A stretch of DNA of 64,000 nucleotides from an uncultured Gemmatimonadales bacterium (GCA_963716255.1 OY970303.1:6208001-6272000), one strand, 5' to 3'; positions 1 to 9,588 are shown, counted from the first letter of the stretch. A program made the numbers and translations. Notes: a model not told the origin generated them from the sequence alone.

Positions 1-274
1 CCACGGGGCGCCCGGGTTCTCGCTGTCGTCGCTGAGCTGGGACTACAGCACCTACACCTGGCACACCAACCGCGACACGTACGACAAGGTCGCCTTCGAC
101 GACGTGCGCAACAACGCGGTGCTGACGGCGATGCTGGTGTACCTGGCCTCCGAGGACCCGGCCCGGGTGCCGCGCGAGCGGCTCACCGTGCTCCCGCCCA
201 ACGCCCAGGGGCGGCCGGGGAGCTGGCCCGTCTGCCAGGAGGCCACCCGGACTTCCGCGGCGAGCACCCGGTAA
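1..274 (+). CDS. C-terminal fragment of probable M28/M20-family peptidase (5' truncated by window)
   Basis: Frame +2 reads ...WDYSTYTWHTNRDTYDKV...NAVLTAMLVYLASEDP to TAA at 272-274; WHT-x-DTYDK is typical of M28 peptidase C-termini. Confidence 0.65.
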   Translation, partial: HGAPGFSLSSLSWDYSTYTWHTNRDTYDKVAFDDVRNNAVLTAMLVYLASEDPARVPRERLTVLPPNAQGRPGSWPVCQEATRTSAASTR

Positions 275-315
275 TTCTGGTTTAGGTCGTTGTGGGGGCG
301 GCTCCTTGTGTGTCG

Positions 316-496
316 GGGCCGCTCCGGAACCAGGCCAAACGGCCGGCCTGTTTCCTGCGCGGGTCGCGGAGCCAGCGGAAACTGCCCCGCTGTCTCCGCT
401 CCGGCTCCGGGAACCTCACGCAAACGGCCGCGTGAGTTTCCCTCCGCAGAAGATCCGGGGGATACTGCGGAACTGCGAACAGCGAAAAGCGCCCTC
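316..496 (+). repeat. Triple-hairpin repeat family, copy A
   Basis: Three hairpins GGA(A/G)C-stem-AAAC(G/T)GCC-stem-T(T/C)TCC at about 326-355, 368-397 and 409-442; homologous in inverted orientation to 13131-13305. Confidence 0.8.
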
Positions 497-524
497 GCCG
501 GGATCTCCCGGCGGGGGCGCTTTT
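484..524. terminator. Long hairpin, probable bidirectional terminator
   Basis: GAAAAGCGCCCTCGCCGGGA / TCCCGGCGGGGGCGCTTTTC between convergent genes. Confidence 0.6.
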
Positions 525-557
525 CTCGTACTGTGCGCTTCATACTGCCGTGCGGTT

Positions 558-607
558 CTCCCCCTTTCCCCCGCTTGCGGGGGAGAGGGGGCCGGGGGGT
601 GAGGGGG
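558..607. repeat. REP-like palindromic element
   Basis: CTCCCCCTTTCCCCCGCTTGCGGGGGAGAGGGGGCCGGGGGGTGAGGGGG resembles a widespread GC-rich intergenic REP-type palindrome. Confidence 0.55.
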
Positions 608-614
608 CCCTCTC

Positions 615-774
615 GCGGACGCCAGCGCGAGACCCGCGTGAGGGATTTCGGCCCGAAGGGGCGAGACCCGGCGGGGCTGTTTCCGCCGGGGCTCGACTCC
701 GTTAGCGAGCGTTGTTTGCTCGCTTACGGAGCCGAAGCCCGACCCCGGCGCCAGCCGGGGACACGCCCGAACCC
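615..774 (+). repeat. ~160-bp structured repeat / putative ncRNA, copy 1
   Basis: Near-identical to 8131-8286, with compensatory changes in stems. Confidence 0.8.
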
Positions 775-811
775 CGATCTTTTCACACCGGCACAGCAGC
801 CGGATCCGGCA

Positions 812-1894
812 TCATCGACCCCGCGTCGTGTCCCTGACAGCGGTATCGGCCATTGTGCTGTCGCGGCGGGCGCCGGAGTCGGCGCGGGCCTCGTAGACCT
901 GGAGCAGGCTGTCCAGCGCGGCGGTGGAGGAGTCCGGCGAGGCCGCGGGCTCGGCGGAGACGGGGCGGCGCAGGGTGATCAGCGCGACCTCCGGGGCGGC
1001 GCCCAGGCGGATGGGGACGAAGCCGTAGCCCACGCCGCAGGTGATGAACAGGCCGTTGCCGTCCACCCGGTACAGGCGCTCGGTGCCGGCGACGCGATGC
1101 CCGGGGAGCTGGGTGGTGTTGACCCAGCTCAGGCGCGCCGCGCCCGGCACCTCCACGCGCCCGCAGAAGGTGTTGCCGGCGACCACCAGCGCGTACGCGC
1201 TGTCCGGGGCGGCGAGCGCGCCCGCGGGGGAGTGCGAGAGGAGCAGGGGGGTGGAGCCGGAGCGCGGGATCGCGCCGAAGATCTCGGCCTGGCGCCACTC
1301 GGGGCGGCGAGGGACGTACGGGTCGATCCCGGCGATGTACGCCGTGTCGCCGCCCCGCACCAGGCGCCCGCGCTCGTTGTCCAGCACGATGACGCCGCTC
1401 TGCTGCAGGACCTGGCGAATGCGGATGGCGGTGCTGTCCGGCTCGCCCTGGCTTTCCCCGGGGTCGCGCTGGTCGCGGTCGCCCATCACGGCCATGACCG
1501 TGAGCCCGCGCAGCGGCGCCAGCACGCGGGGGAGCTCGGCGAGGCCGCTCTCGCGGGCCACGTAGTCGCCCAGCAGCACCACCAGGTCCGGGCGGAGGGC
1601 GGCGGCGCGGCGCATGGCGGCCTCCGCCACGAGGGCGTTGTCGCCCCACAGCCCCAGGTTGAAGTCGGAGATCGCGGCGACGCGCATCCCGTCCCACCCC
1701 TCCGGGAGGCCGGGGACCTCCACCTCCACGGGGACCACGCGCAGGTTCTCCGCGGTGCTCGCGCCGTAGAGCGAGTCCGCCGAGGGCCCCTGCTCCACCA
1801 GGGTGGCCTCCGGCTCCTCCAGGCGGTCGCCGCACCCGGCGGCGAGGGTGGCGAGCAGCAGGGCGGGGAACAGGGAGCGGGCGGAGCTCCGCAT
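812..1894 (-). CDS. Calcineurin-like metallophosphoesterase (YkuE-like), lipoprotein
   Basis: Lipobox LAAGC; ISDFN, LLGDYV, MGDRD and LLSHSP motifs; several metal ligands diverged. Confidence 0.75.
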   Translation of the reverse strand: MRSSARSLFPALLLATLAAGCGDRLEEPEATLVEQGPSADSLYGASTAENLRVVPVEVEVPGLPEGWDGMRVAAISDFNLGLWGDNALVAEAAMRRAAALRPDLVVLLGDYVARESGLAELPRVLAPLRGLTVMAVMGDRDQRDPGESQGEPDSTAIRIRQVLQQSGVIVLDNERGRLVRGGDTAYIAGIDPYVPRRPEWRQAEIFGAIPRSGSTPLLLSHSPAGALAAPDSAYALVVAGNTFCGRVEVPGAARLSWVNTTQLPGHRVAGTERLYRVDGNGLFITCGVGYGFVPIRLGAAPEVALITLRRPVSAEPAASPDSSTAALDSLLQVYEARADSGARRDSTMADTAVRDTTRGR

Positions 1895-1986
1895 CAGGGT
1901 CGTCTCCGGGAACGGGCAAGGGGGCGCGGGCCGCGCGGCGAACGGCGCCACCGGGCGCAACGGATGTGCCAGGCCCGCGCGCCGGC

Positions 1987-3066
1987 CTACGCGATGAGCG
2001 GGAGCACGCCATCGCGCCCGGCGGGGACGGTGCGCTCCAGCTCCTCGGGGTGCGCGCGGAACCAGCGGGCGACCAGGAGAATCTCGTCCACCTGGTGCTT
2101 CGCCACCAGGGCGCCCTGCGGCTCCGGCTGCCCGAAGTGCTCCGCCGCCAGCCGGGAGAGCGCGCGGCGTTGGGCGGCGGTGCGCGGCGCGGCGACCGTG
2201 GCGCGCACGGTGCCGCGCCGCACCACGTACACCCGGTCGTCGCCCCCCTCCCCCTTGACCGGGTACAGGAAGCTGAGGTTCTCCAGCGCCTCGCGCAGCC
2301 GCCCGAACTCGTCGCGCAGCGCCTCCAGGCGGCGCATGCGGTCGCGCACCGAGGCCGCGTACTCGAACTCCCAGCGCTCGGCGGCCGATTGCATCCGCTC
2401 GTCCAGCCAGCGGAGCGGCTCGTCCGCGTCGCCCGCCAGGAAGGCGCGCGCCAGCGCGACCCGCGACCGGTAGTCCTGCTGCGTGACCATGGCCGCGCAG
2501 GGCGCGCAGCACAGGCGCAGCTCGGCGCGGTGGCAGCGCGGGGCGCGGTCCACCACGAACAGGTCGGACTGGTCGGCGAAGTGGATGGGGATGGCGGCGG
2601 GGCAGTCGCGCAGCCCCAGGAGGTCGTTGAGCTCGCGGACCGCCTCGGCGATGCGGCGGCCGCCGCGGAAGGGGCCGTAGTAGGTGGCCGCGTCGTCCGA
2701 GACGGCCTGCACCACGAAAAGCTTGGGCGCGGGGCCGCCGGTGAGCTTGAGGAAGGAGTACCGCCCGTCGCGCTTGTGCTGCACGTTGTAGCGGGGGCGG
2801 AAGCGCTTGATCAGCTCCAGCTCGCGCAGCAGCGCGGCGAACTCGCAGGGCTCGTACTCCCAGGCGATGGTGTGCGCGTCGCCCACGATGCGGTGCGCCT
2901 TGTCCCCTTTCTTGGCCCGGAGGTAGGAAAGGAGGCGCGTGCGCACCTGCTTGGACTTGCCGACGTACAGGATCTCGCCGTCCTCCGACAGCATCCGGTA
3001 GGTGCCGGGGACGTTGCGCGCCTCGCGGATCTGGTCGCGGAGCGGGGTGCGTGCAGAGGGGACCAA
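1987..3066 (-). CDS. GIY-YIG/UVR-domain excinuclease (UvrC N-terminal/Cho-like); start approximate
   Basis: PGTY...LYVGKSKQVRTRLLSY, ELELIKRFRPRYN, CCAPC, and UVR motif MQSAAERWEFEYAASVRD. Confidence 0.8.
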   Translation of the reverse strand: MVPSARTPLRDQIREARNVPGTYRMLSEDGEILYVGKSKQVRTRLLSYLRAKKGDKAHRIVGDAHTIAWEYEPCEFAALLRELELIKRFRPRYNVQHKRDGRYSFLKLTGGPAPKLFVVQAVSDDAATYYGPFRGGRRIAEAVRELNDLLGLRDCPAAIPIHFADQSDLFVVDRAPRCHRAELRLCCAPCAAMVTQQDYRSRVALARAFLAGDADEPLRWLDERMQSAAERWEFEYAASVRDRMRRLEALRDEFGRLREALENLSFLYPVKGEGGDDRVYVVRRGTVRATVAAPRTAAQRRALSRLAAEHFGQPEPQGALVAKHQVDEILLVARWFRAHPEELERTVPAGRDGVLPLIA

Positions 3067-3090
3067 GCGCGGGTGCGGCAGGGGTCGGGG

Positions 3091-3141
3091 AGAACAAAAG
3101 CCGAACCCCGACAAGATAGTGCGGCGAAAAGTGTTGCGGAA
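3091..3141 (-). promoter_or_regulatory. Sigma70-like promoter with candidate LexA/SOS box for the uvrC-like gene
   Basis: Minus strand TTCCGC-N17-TATCTT (3141-3113), followed by GTTC-GGCTTTT-GTTC (3106-3092). Confidence 0.5.
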
Positions 3142-3180
3142 GGGCCGGCGGGCGCCCGGGCGGCGGACCGCCGCGGCGGG

Positions 3181-4311
3181 TCAGGCGCCGCGCGCCACCT
3201 CCTCCAGCGAAGCGGCCAGCTCCGGGAAGTCGAAGGGCTTTGCGAGGATGCGGACGCCGGTGGCGAGGGCGTCCTCGTACACCTGGTCGCCGGGGCCGGC
3301 GCCGCTGAGGAACAGCACGCGGGCAGCGAGCGGGGGGATGTGCTCGCGGAGCATGCTCCACACCTCCACGCCGGTGCGGACGCCCAGGTTGAGGTCCAGG
3401 AGCACGGCGTCCGGCATGCTGCGGATGACGGCGTGGAGCACCTGCTCCTCGCTCGCGCACTCCGGCCCCAGCTCCGAGACCTCGGCGCCCAGGCGGCGGA
3501 GGAAGCGGCCCAGGGCGCTGCGCACGTCGGGATTGTCGTCCACCACCAGGACGCGCCTGCCGGCAAGCTCCACGGGCTTCGCCGGGACGGCCGTGGCGCG
3601 CCCGGGAAACCAGGCGGGGAGGTGGATCTCGAAGCGCGCCCCGCCCAGCCGCGCGGCCTCGGTGCAGCGGACGCGGCCCCCCAGGTGCGCCACGGTCCAA
3701 GCGACGGAGCTGAGCCCCAGCCCCGTCCCGCCGGAATCCCCCTTCACCAGGGGGCGGAAGACCGCTTCCCGCCTGTCCGGCGCCACCCCCGCGCCGTCGT
3801 CCTCCACGGCGATCACCAGGGTGCGGCTCCTCCCCCCGGGCTCCAGGGTGACGTCGATGCAGGCGGTGGCGTGGCGCGTGGCGTTGGCCAGCAGGTTGGC
3901 GATGGCGCGGTACAGGAAGGAGCCGCGCCCGGCGACGGCGGTGCCGATGGGGAGGGTGGAGGTCATGCGGATCTCCACCGGGCGGGTGGTGTCCAGCGCG
4001 CGGCGGATGGCGCGCTCGGCGACCGCCTCCGGGCTCATCCCCACCTCCGGGGACACCGTCTCGCCGCGCAGCGTCCCCAGCACGTCGCGGATCATGGCCC
4101 CCAGGTCGCCGCACCCCTCCACGGCGCGCTCCAGCTCGCCGACCGGGGCCCGTCCCATCCGGGCGTCGCCCAGCGCCAGGCGCAGGCGCCCGTCCATGAC
4201 GGCGACCATGTTGGCCATGTCGTGGATCAGCTCGCCGGCGACCTCGCCCAGTGCGTCCAGCCGCTCGTCCTGCGCGCCCGCTCGTGGGGAGCCCGGCTGC
4301 GGCGTGCTCAT
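3181..4311 (-). CDS. Hybrid histidine kinase/response regulator lacking a sensor domain
   Basis: H-box LIHDMANM, N-box NLLANA, EDDGAG, GTGLGL; receiver VLVVDD...LLD...KPF; GGAGG RBS upstream. Confidence 0.8.
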   Translation of the reverse strand: MSTPQPGSPRAGAQDERLDALGEVAGELIHDMANMVAVMDGRLRLALGDARMGRAPVGELERAVEGCGDLGAMIRDVLGTLRGETVSPEVGMSPEAVAERAIRRALDTTRPVEIRMTSTLPIGTAVAGRGSFLYRAIANLLANATRHATACIDVTLEPGGRSRTLVIAVEDDGAGVAPDRREAVFRPLVKGDSGGTGLGLSSVAWTVAHLGGRVRCTEAARLGGARFEIHLPAWFPGRATAVPAKPVELAGRRVLVVDDNPDVRSALGRFLRRLGAEVSELGPECASEEQVLHAVIRSMPDAVLLDLNLGVRTGVEVWSMLREHIPPLAARVLFLSGAGPGDQVYEDALATGVRILAKPFDFPELAASLEEVARGA

Positions 4312-4547
4312 GACGATATCCTCCGCCCGTGGATGGGGATGGTCGATCATTGCTTGACTCCGGGGGCCACGCGACCGGCGGCTTCGGGCGGGCGCCGGCC
4401 CGGAGCGCCGGCGCGGAAGGGGAGCTCGGCACGCAACCTGGACGTCTACCGCGTCCCTGGCCTTAAATGTACGCCCTGCAAGGCGAGTGCGCCAGTCGTG
4501 TACATGAAATGAGCGGTCCGGGGCACGACCCCCGTGCGGCCGGGGAA

Positions 4548-5363
4548 TCAGCGCTGGCAGCGCGCGCAGAAGAAGGTGGACCGGCCCCCCTGGACGATGC
4601 GCTCGACGGGGCGTCCGCAGGTGCGGCAGGGCTCCCCCGCGCGGTCGTACACCCGCAGGCGCCCGGCGAACTCGCCGCGCTCGCCGCTGGCGTCCCGGTA
4701 GTCCAGGAAGGTGGTGCCGCGGAAGTCGATGGCTTCCCGCAGCACCTCGCGCGTCGCTTCCACCAGGCGGGCGGCTTCCTTCTTCTTCAGCGAGCTCGCG
4801 GGCCGGCGGGGGTCGACGCCGGCCCGGAACAGCGCTTCGCTGGCGTAGATGTTCCCCACGCCCACCACCCGGCGCTGGTCCATCATCCAGGTCTTCACCG
4901 CCACGCGCGACTTCTTCGCCGCGGCGAGAAGCCACTCCGTGGTGAACGGGTCGGAGAGCGGCTCCACGCCCAGCGCCTCGTCCCTGCGCTCCCACTCGTC
5001 CCCGGTGTAGCGCTGGAGGCACCCGAAGCGGCGCACGTCGTGGTAGTCCAGCTCGCGTCCGTCGGCGAGGCGCAGGCGGACGCCCAGGTGCGTGGGCGCC
5101 TCGTCGCCGGGGGAGCGCACCAGGAGCCGACCCGTCATCCCCAGGTTCACCACCAGCAGCCCCCGGTCCAGGTGCAGCAGGATGTTCTTGGCGCGGCGGG
5201 TCACCTCGCGCACGCGGGCGCCGCGGAGTCCCGAGGCGAAATCGGCCGGCCCCTCGCCCCGCACCAGGTCGGCGTGGACCACCTCCACGTCCCGGATCTC
5301 GGCGCCGGGGAGGAGGCGGGCCAGGTCGCGGACGATGGTCTCGACCTCGGGGAGCTCAGGCAC
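4548..5363 (-). CDS. mutM: Formamidopyrimidine-DNA glycosylase
   Basis: MPELPEVE N-terminus, GVGNIYASE, C-terminal zinc finger CRTC...CARCQ. Confidence 0.95.
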   Translation of the reverse strand: MPELPEVETIVRDLARLLPGAEIRDVEVVHADLVRGEGPADFASGLRGARVREVTRRAKNILLHLDRGLLVVNLGMTGRLLVRSPGDEAPTHLGVRLRLADGRELDYHDVRRFGCLQRYTGDEWERRDEALGVEPLSDPFTTEWLLAAAKKSRVAVKTWMMDQRRVVGVGNIYASEALFRAGVDPRRPASSLKKKEAARLVEATREVLREAIDFRGTTFLDYRDASGERGEFAGRLRVYDRAGEPCRTCGRPVERIVQGGRSTFFCARCQR

Positions 5364-6648
5364 GCTCCACCTCCCCGCGGGCGGCCTCGCGCCAGCCGAT
5401 GTCGCGGCGGAACTGGCGCCCCTCGAAGGTGATGCGCTCCGCGGCGCGGCGGCTGCGCTCCGCGGCCGCGGCGACGGTGGGCGCCAGCGCGGTCACGGCG
5501 AGGACGCGCCCGCCGCAGGTGAGGAGCGCCCCGTCCTCCACCCGGGTCCCCGCGTGGAACACCAGCAGGTCGGCGTCCCCGGCCAGGTCCCGGGGGATCT
5601 CCACCGGGACCCCGGTGCGATGGTCGCCCGGGTAGCCGCCGGAGGCGAGCACGGTGGTGGCCGCGGCGCCGGGGCGCCAGCGCAGCTCCGTCCCCGCGAG
5701 CGACCCTCCGCGCGCGACGGCGAGCATGGGCTCCAGCAGGCTGCTCGCCAGCAGGGGGAGCACCACCTGCGTCTCGGGGTCGCCGAAGCGGCAGTTGAAC
5801 TCCACCACCTTTGGCCCGTCCTCGGTCAGCATCAGGCCGGCGTACAGCAGCCCCCGGAAGGGGCGCCCCTCGGCCGCCATGGCCGCGACGGTGGGAAGGA
5901 GCACCTCGCGCGTGACGCGCTCCATCAGCTCGGGGGTCGCCGGCGACACGGGGGCGTAGGCGCCCATCCCGCCGGTGTTGGGCCCGGTCTCCCCCTCGCC
6001 GGCGCGCTTGTGGTCCTGCGCCGGGAGCATGGGGAGCACCGCCGTGCCGTCGCTCAGCGCGAACACGGACAGCTCCTCGCCCCGCATGAACTCCTCGACG
6101 ACGATCTCGCTCCCCGCTTCGCCGAAGGCGCCCTCGCCCAGCATCTCGCGGGCGGCGGCCAGCGCTTCGTCCACGGTGTCGCACACCACCGCGCCCTTGC
6201 CCGCGGCGAGCCCGGACGCCTTGACCACGACGGGCGCGCCGAGCTCGCGGATGCACGCCTCGGCGGCGGGCAGCTCGCGGAAGGTGTGGAAGGCGGCGGT
6301 GGGGATTCCGTGCCGGGCCATGAGCCCCTTGGCGAACGCCTTGGAGCTCTCGATCTCCGCCGCCCCGGCCGTGGGCCCGAAGGTGGGAATGCCGCGGGCG
6401 GCGAAGTGGTCCACCATCCCCTCCGCGAGCGGCGCCTCGGGCCCGACGACCACCAGGTCGACGCCCTGGTTCTCGGCCCACCCGGCCAGCGCCTGGAGCT
6501 CGCCCGGCCTGAAGGGGAGGGGCTCGGCGAGCCCGGCGGTGCCGCCGTTGCCGAGGGTGATGAAGAACTCGGCGTCCGGGGCGTCCTGCTTCAGCTTCCA
6601 GAGGAGCGCGTGCTCGCGCCCCCCGTTTCCGACGATCAGGATCTTCAA
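5356..6648 (-). CDS. purD: Phosphoribosylamine-glycine ligase
   Basis: ILIVGNGGREHAL, KASGLAAGKG, QDHKR, GPNTGGMGAY, EFNCRFGDPETQ; TTG start at 6648. Confidence 0.95.
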   Translation of the reverse strand: MKILIVGNGGREHALLWKLKQDAPDAEFFITLGNGGTAGLAEPLPFRPGELQALAGWAENQGVDLVVVGPEAPLAEGMVDHFAARGIPTFGPTAGAAEIESSKAFAKGLMARHGIPTAAFHTFRELPAAEACIRELGAPVVVKASGLAAGKGAVVCDTVDEALAAAREMLGEGAFGEAGSEIVVEEFMRGEELSVFALSDGTAVLPMLPAQDHKRAGEGETGPNTGGMGAYAPVSPATPELMERVTREVLLPTVAAMAAEGRPFRGLLYAGLMLTEDGPKVVEFNCRFGDPETQVVLPLLASSLLEPMLAVARGGSLAGTELRWRPGAAATTVLASGGYPGDHRTGVPVEIPRDLAGDADLLVFHAGTRVEDGALLTCGGRVLAVTALAPTVAAAAERSRRAAERITFEGRQFRRDIGWREAARGEVERA

Positions 6649-6817
6649 GGCTTCTCTTCCGTTGAACGGGCGGCTGCGTTCCCCCGGACGGAATGATATC
6701 GTCCCGGACACACGGGTTCAAATCGCCCCGGCCGCCGCGGGGCCCTTGCGGCGCCCGGGGCCACCCGCGAGCATGTGACGCGCCCTTCCCCTGCCACGCC
6801 TTTCTCCACGAGCGACC

Positions 6818-8122
6818 ATGACCACTCCCTGTGAGATCGACGAGCAGGGCCTCGACGCCCTGTGCGACGCCCTGAAGCGCAGGCCCCGCCCGCTGGCGCT
6901 GCTCGGCGCCGGCGCCAGCATGGATTCGGGGTACCCGGACTGGGGCCGCCTCCTCGCCATGCTGGAGCAGCGGGTGCAGGGGAAGATCGGTCCGCGGTAC
7001 CAGTCTTACCTGCGCACCCTGAACGACCCGCCCTGGCAGGCGGAGGAATACCGCCGCGCCATGGGGGAAAACCTGTTCCGCGGCACGATCGCGAGCGAGT
7101 TCGCGCCCAGGGGGCCGGTCGGGCCGGTGGCGCGGGCGATCGTCCGGCTGGGCTTCCGCCACTTCCTCACCACCAACTACGATTCGTGCATCGAGCTGGC
7201 GCTGGAGGCGGAGGGGGTGCCGCACCGGGCGGTGGCGTGGAGCGACACGGACGAGATCCGCGAGTTCTTCCGCGCCCTCACCCGGGACGAGCCGCCGCCC
7301 TACGTGGTGCACCTGCACGGCTGCTACTACGACCCGGGCAACGTCGTCCTGACGGAAAGCTCGTACGCGGAGCGCTACGTGCGCTCCAACGACGCCGCGC
7401 GCAAGCTGTTCGCCATCCTGATCACGCAGCCGGTGGTGTTCGTGGGCTTTTCGGTGAGCGACCCCGACCTGAACCAGCTGATGCGCGAGGCGAACGCGAG
7501 CCTGGGCGCCGGGATCCCGCACCACATGGCGCTGGTGGGATACGAGGTGGAGGAGCAGAAGGAGCTGGTCCGCAACCGCTTCCAGGGCAAGTTCGGGATC
7601 ACGCCCGTGTTCTACCAGATCACGCGCAACCCCGACGGAAGCGAGAACCACGGCTGTCTCCTGCAGCTGCTTTCCCGGATCCACTCCGAGGTGCACGGAG
7701 CCCCGCTGCCGGTGGAAGCCGCCGCGCCGCCGCACACCCTGCCGCTCGCGGCGCCGCCGGCCGGCCACACTCCCGATCCGCTGGACCCGCACAAGGGGTG
7801 CTGGGGCGGATCGGCGAACCGCAACGGGCGTCGGCTGCGGGTGGAGAACCCGGAGCGCCACGGCGAATGGTACGGCTTCGACCTGGTGGTGGAAGCGACG
7901 GAAGGGGCTCCGCCGCTGGAGGGGTCGGTCACCTTCCACCTGCACCAGACCTTCAACGTGCCGGTCCGAACGGTGCCGGTCGCCGACGGCCGCGCGAGGC
8001 TGCACATCCAGAACGCCTACGGGGTGTTCACGGTGGGCGCAGTGGCGGACGGTGGAGAAACCAAGCTGGAGCTGGACCTCGCCACGGTGGAGGCGTTCCC
8101 GGACTGGTTCCGCGCGCGGTAG
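6818..8122 (+). CDS. SIR2-like domain protein with C-terminal prokaryotic YEATS-like domain
   Basis: GAGAS, TTNYD, HLHG and FVGFSVSDPD (SIR2_2); VTFHLHQTF...AYGVFTVGA (pYEATS-like). Confidence 0.7.
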   Translation: MTTPCEIDEQGLDALCDALKRRPRPLALLGAGASMDSGYPDWGRLLAMLEQRVQGKIGPRYQSYLRTLNDPPWQAEEYRRAMGENLFRGTIASEFAPRGPVGPVARAIVRLGFRHFLTTNYDSCIELALEAEGVPHRAVAWSDTDEIREFFRALTRDEPPPYVVHLHGCYYDPGNVVLTESSYAERYVRSNDAARKLFAILITQPVVFVGFSVSDPDLNQLMREANASLGAGIPHHMALVGYEVEEQKELVRNRFQGKFGITPVFYQITRNPDGSENHGCLLQLLSRIHSEVHGAPLPVEAAAPPHTLPLAAPPAGHTPDPLDPHKGCWGGSANRNGRRLRVENPERHGEWYGFDLVVEATEGAPPLEGSVTFHLHQTFNVPVRTVPVADGRARLHIQNAYGVFTVGAVADGGETKLELDLATVEAFPDWFRAR

Positions 8123-8130
8123 CACCCCCT

Positions 8131-8286
8131 GCGGACGCCAGCACCTGCCCCGCGTGAGGGATTTCGGCCCGAAGGGGCGAGACCCGGCGGTTGTTTGCCG
8201 GGGCTCGACTCCGTTGGGCTGCGTTGTTTGCAGCCCTACGGAGCCGAAGCCCGACCCCGGCGCCAGCCGGGGGCACGCCCGAACCC
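8131..8286 (+). repeat. ~160-bp structured repeat / putative ncRNA, copy 2
   Basis: Homologous to 615-774; lies between convergent stop codons. Confidence 0.8.
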
Positions 8287-8292
8287 TGCCGT

Positions 8293-9468
8293 TCAGTCCC
8301 TGGAAAGCGCCTGGTCCAAATCCGCGATCAGGTCCTCGACGTCCTCCACGCCGCACGACAGCCTCACCACGCCGTCGGACAGCTGCATCGCCTGGCGGCG
8401 GTCCGCGGGGACGGAGGCGTGGGTCATCATGGCCGGGTGGCCGATGAGGCTTTCCACGCCGCCCAGCGACTCGGCCAGGGCGAACAGGCGCGTGCTGTTC
8501 ACCAGCCGGCGGGCGTTCTCCAGCGACCCGGTCTCCACGGTGATCATCCCGGTGAACCCGCTCATCTGGCTGCGGGCCAGCTCGTGCTGCGGGTGCGAGG
8601 GCAGCCCCGGGTAGAAGACGCGCTCGATGCGGGGGTGCGCCTCCAGCCACTCGGCGATGCGCTGCCCGTTTCTGTTGTGGGCGGCCATGCGCAGGTGCAG
8701 CGTCTTGGTGCCGCGCAGCGCCAGCCAGCAGTCCCAGGGGCCGGGGACGGCGCCGGCGGCGTTCTGGAGGAAGCGGAGCTGCTCGTGGATCTCGTCGCTG
8801 GAGGTGAGCGCCAGCCCGCCCACCATGTCGGAGTGCCCGTTGATGTACTTGGTGGTGGAGTGGAGCACCAGGTCGGCCCCCAGCGTGAGCGGACGCTGGT
8901 TGTACGGGGAGGCGAAGGTGTTGTCCACGCTGAGCCAGGCCCCGGCCGCGTGGGCGATCTCCGCCGCGGCCGCGATGTCGGTGATGCGCATCATGGGGTT
9001 GGTGGGCGTTTCCACGTGCACCAGCCGGGTGTTGGGCCGGATGGCGGCGCGGATCTCGTCCAGGCTGGCGCTGTCCACGAAGGTGAACTCCAGCCCCATG
9101 CGGGCGATGACCTTGGAGAACAGCCGGAAGGTGCCGCCGTAGACGCCCTCGCCGCAGACCACGTGGTCGCCGGCGGAGAACATCTTGATCATGGTGTCGT
9201 GCGCGGCCAGGCCGGAGGCGAAGGCCAGGCCGTGGCCGGCCGCCTCGAGCGCGGCCACGTTCCCCTCCAGCGCCTCGCGGGTGGGGTTGTGGGTGCGGGC
9301 GTACTCGTAGCCCAGGTGCCGCCCCAGCTCGGGCTGCACGTAGGTGGAGGTCTGGAACACGGGGGTCATGATGGCCCCGGTGGTGGGCTCGGGGTGCTGT
9401 CCCGCGTGGATCGCAAGCGTGCCGAAGCCGAGCGTGGCGCCGGTGCCGGCGGTGTCGTGGTCGCTCAT
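8293..9468 (-). CDS. Cystathionine gamma-synthase/gamma-lyase (Cys/Met metabolism PLP enzyme)
   Basis: YARTHNPTR, ETPTNP, DNTFASP, HSTTKYINGHSD, ESLGGVESL. Confidence 0.9.
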   Translation of the reverse strand: MSDHDTAGTGATLGFGTLAIHAGQHPEPTTGAIMTPVFQTSTYVQPELGRHLGYEYARTHNPTREALEGNVAALEAAGHGLAFASGLAAHDTMIKMFSAGDHVVCGEGVYGGTFRLFSKVIARMGLEFTFVDSASLDEIRAAIRPNTRLVHVETPTNPMMRITDIAAAAEIAHAAGAWLSVDNTFASPYNQRPLTLGADLVLHSTTKYINGHSDMVGGLALTSSDEIHEQLRFLQNAAGAVPGPWDCWLALRGTKTLHLRMAAHNRNGQRIAEWLEAHPRIERVFYPGLPSHPQHELARSQMSGFTGMITVETGSLENARRLVNSTRLFALAESLGGVESLIGHPAMMTHASVPADRRQAMQLSDGVVRLSCGVEDVEDLIADLDQALSRD

Positions 9469-9588
9469 GGTGGGTCCTGGTCCGGGGTGGTCTGGAGCGG
9501 CCAAGATAGACCGGACGCGGACGGGGGGGCAAGCGGGCGGGGAGGGGAAGAGCCCGCCGCCGGGGGAGCCGGCGGCGGGGGGTGGATC

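Noticed and set aside
812..4432. 1206-aa ORF as a single protein
   Set aside because: Only 812-1894 encodes a recognisable protein; the rest overlaps uvrC-like and kinase genes in other frames
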